Assembly: GCA_022709735.1 (NCBI GenBank)
Contig: JAKLIG010000001.1
Span: 192,586-256,585 of the forward strand
Direction: 5' to 3'
Length of the DNA: 64,000 bases
From: Patescibacteria group bacterium
GTDB taxonomy: Bacteria; Patescibacteriota; Minisyncoccia; Moranbacterales; UBA2206
Position 1 is the first letter of the stretch; every line of letters starts with the position of its first letter. The notes under the pieces were generated by a model, which saw only the letters and a program-made list of their open reading frames with translations, did not search any database and was not told the origin of the DNA. This document shows positions 63,160 through 64,000 of this stretch, one piece after another. Made by a program: the position numbers and the translations under genes.

Positions 63160-63759
63160 CTATAAACTTTTTAATTTTTCTACAATTTCTGGAAATTCTT
63201 TGAGCATGAAATGACCCTTGTCTTCAAAAATTATTTTTTCCGCTTTTGGCAGAGCTTTTGCATATTTTTCTAATTCAGAAAAAGGAACTTCTGGATCATC
63301 CTTGGAATGATAAAGGAAAATTTTATCCGCTTGACGTGAAAAATTTTCTAGTGATTCCGGCAAAGCGAAATCCCCTAGATAATTATCGCTATGTGGAGCA
63401 GCGACTAAAAAAGCCGCTTTTATTTTTACTGGGAAATTATTTTCTGATAAATATTTTGCTAAAAATATTCCTCCCAACGATCCTCCAATCAAAATTACCC
63501 TGTCTTTCAGAAATGGAAAAAACTTTTCAAACCAAATTTTCCATTCAGAATATTTGGCATTGTGATAATTTTCCATTTGAGGATAAATTATTTCATAATC
63601 TTTGCCTAATTTTTCTTGTAAATAATCTTTCCAGCCGCCATGCTTAATCTTATCTAAATTGATTGGATAATTTTTTATATATTCAAGATAATCTTCATAG
63701 GTTCTATGGACATCTCCTCCATGAACAACAAAAATTTGCTGGGTCATAAAATTATGCAA
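63160..63759 (-). CDS. Alpha/beta-hydrolase fold serine hydrolase (YdeN/RBBP9-like)
   Basis: 199 aa. LIGGSLGG (GxSxG nucleophile elbow). C-terminal KGHF (His). Confidence 0.65.
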   Translation of the reverse strand: MHNFMTQQIFVVHGGDVHRTYEDYLEYIKNYPINLDKIKHGGWKDYLQEKLGKDYEIIYPQMENYHNAKYSEWKIWFEKFFPFLKDRVILIGGSLGGIFLAKYLSENNFPVKIKAAFLVAAPHSDNYLGDFALPESLENFSRQADKIFLYHSKDDPEVPFSELEKYAKALPKAEKIIFEDKGHFMLKEFPEIVEKLKSL

Positions 63760-64000
63760 TTTCTTTTTCTTCCTTCTCTTTCTTGATAAATTTCCAGTGA
63801 ATGAGTAATATTGGCAGGGCGATTATTACCATTGTTAGCGAATCAATAAGATTATTTTGTCTGGCTGGCACGATGCATTTGTCGCCTGACTGATTTTCTT
63901 TCCAATTGTCATAATCCTTGAGAAGTGCGTCAATCTGTACTTTTTGATCTGCTGTCGCTCCTTCTTTTGAAATAGCGCAGGCTACTGGCGGTTGCTGGTT
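63752..64000 (-). CDS. 3' portion of a gene running off the window (C-terminal TM helix. Product unknown)
   Basis: The minus-strand frame is open to the window edge. Ends ...LTMVIIALPILLIHWKFIKKEKEEKEIA-stop. Overlaps the downstream hydrolase start by 8 nt. Confidence 0.3.
   Translation of the reverse strand, partial: NQQPPVACAISKEGATADQKVQIDALLKDYDNWKENQSGDKCIVPARQNNLIDSLTMVIIALPILLIHWKFIKKEKEEKEIA

Noticed and set aside
1-64000. Numerous short ORFs inside or antisense to the genes described, including 386-583, 836-1139, 7090-7602, 8003-8835, 12855-13143, 15039-15733, 16401-17141, 19400-19792, 45001-45492, 57542-57757 and 59316-59795
   Set aside because: They are fully nested in or antisense to ORFs with clear family signatures. 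Their translations are low-complexity, and such ORFs are expected by chance in AT-rich DNA.

Overview
AT-rich (roughly 30-35% GC) bacterial chromosomal segment with about 60 tightly packed genes, many overlapping by 1-4 nt. By impression it comes from a small-genome, CPR/Patescibacteria-like organism. That impression is inference from three things: divergent housekeeping genes, an archaeal-type UMP kinase, and a four-helix-bundle '23S rRNA intervening-sequence protein' gene. Positions 1 to about 47000 are one large cell-envelope glycan biosynthesis locus with four parts. The glycosyltransferase part has about 20 predicted enzymes: GT2 and ArnC-like polyprenyl-phosphate GT2, GT4, and several polytopic GT-C-like proteins. 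The nucleotide-sugar part has gmd and fcl (GDP-L-fucose branch) and ugd plus UDP-glucuronate decarboxylase (UDP-xylose branch). The tailoring part has three SAM-methyltransferase domains and a hexapeptide acetyltransferase. The export and attachment part has a Wzx-type flippase, an O-antigen-ligase/Wzy-like protein, an LCP (LytR-CpsA-Psr) ligase and a SpoIID/LytB protein. The rest of the window (about 46700-64000) is housekeeping: S41 C-terminal protease, rplI, pyrG, rpmA, pyrH, a minimal rrf2-iscS-iscU Fe-S module, gltX, HIT, an M23 peptidase and a CBS-pair protein. The unusual content is listed next. Three tandem paralogous GT-C-like membrane proteins carry C-terminal calcineurin-like metallophosphoesterase domains, and two stand-alone anchored phosphoesterases flank them. 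A divergent RtcB-like ligase homolog and a Tmk-like P-loop kinase sit inside a glycan operon. The four-helix-bundle gene is bracketed by inverted repeats, and an 'empty' copy of the same repeats lies 4 kb away. A GIY-YIG endonuclease gene is flanked by a 64-nt compound palindrome, next to a Cas4-like PD-(D/E)XK nuclease. There is a GC-rich intergenic element that folds well and is likely an ncRNA. There are two multi-domain fusions (GT2-GtrA-methyltransferase and GT4-MprF-like flippase domain). A perfect 15-bp inverted repeat lies inside a GT4 coding sequence. No rRNA, tRNA or CRISPR array was recognised by eye.
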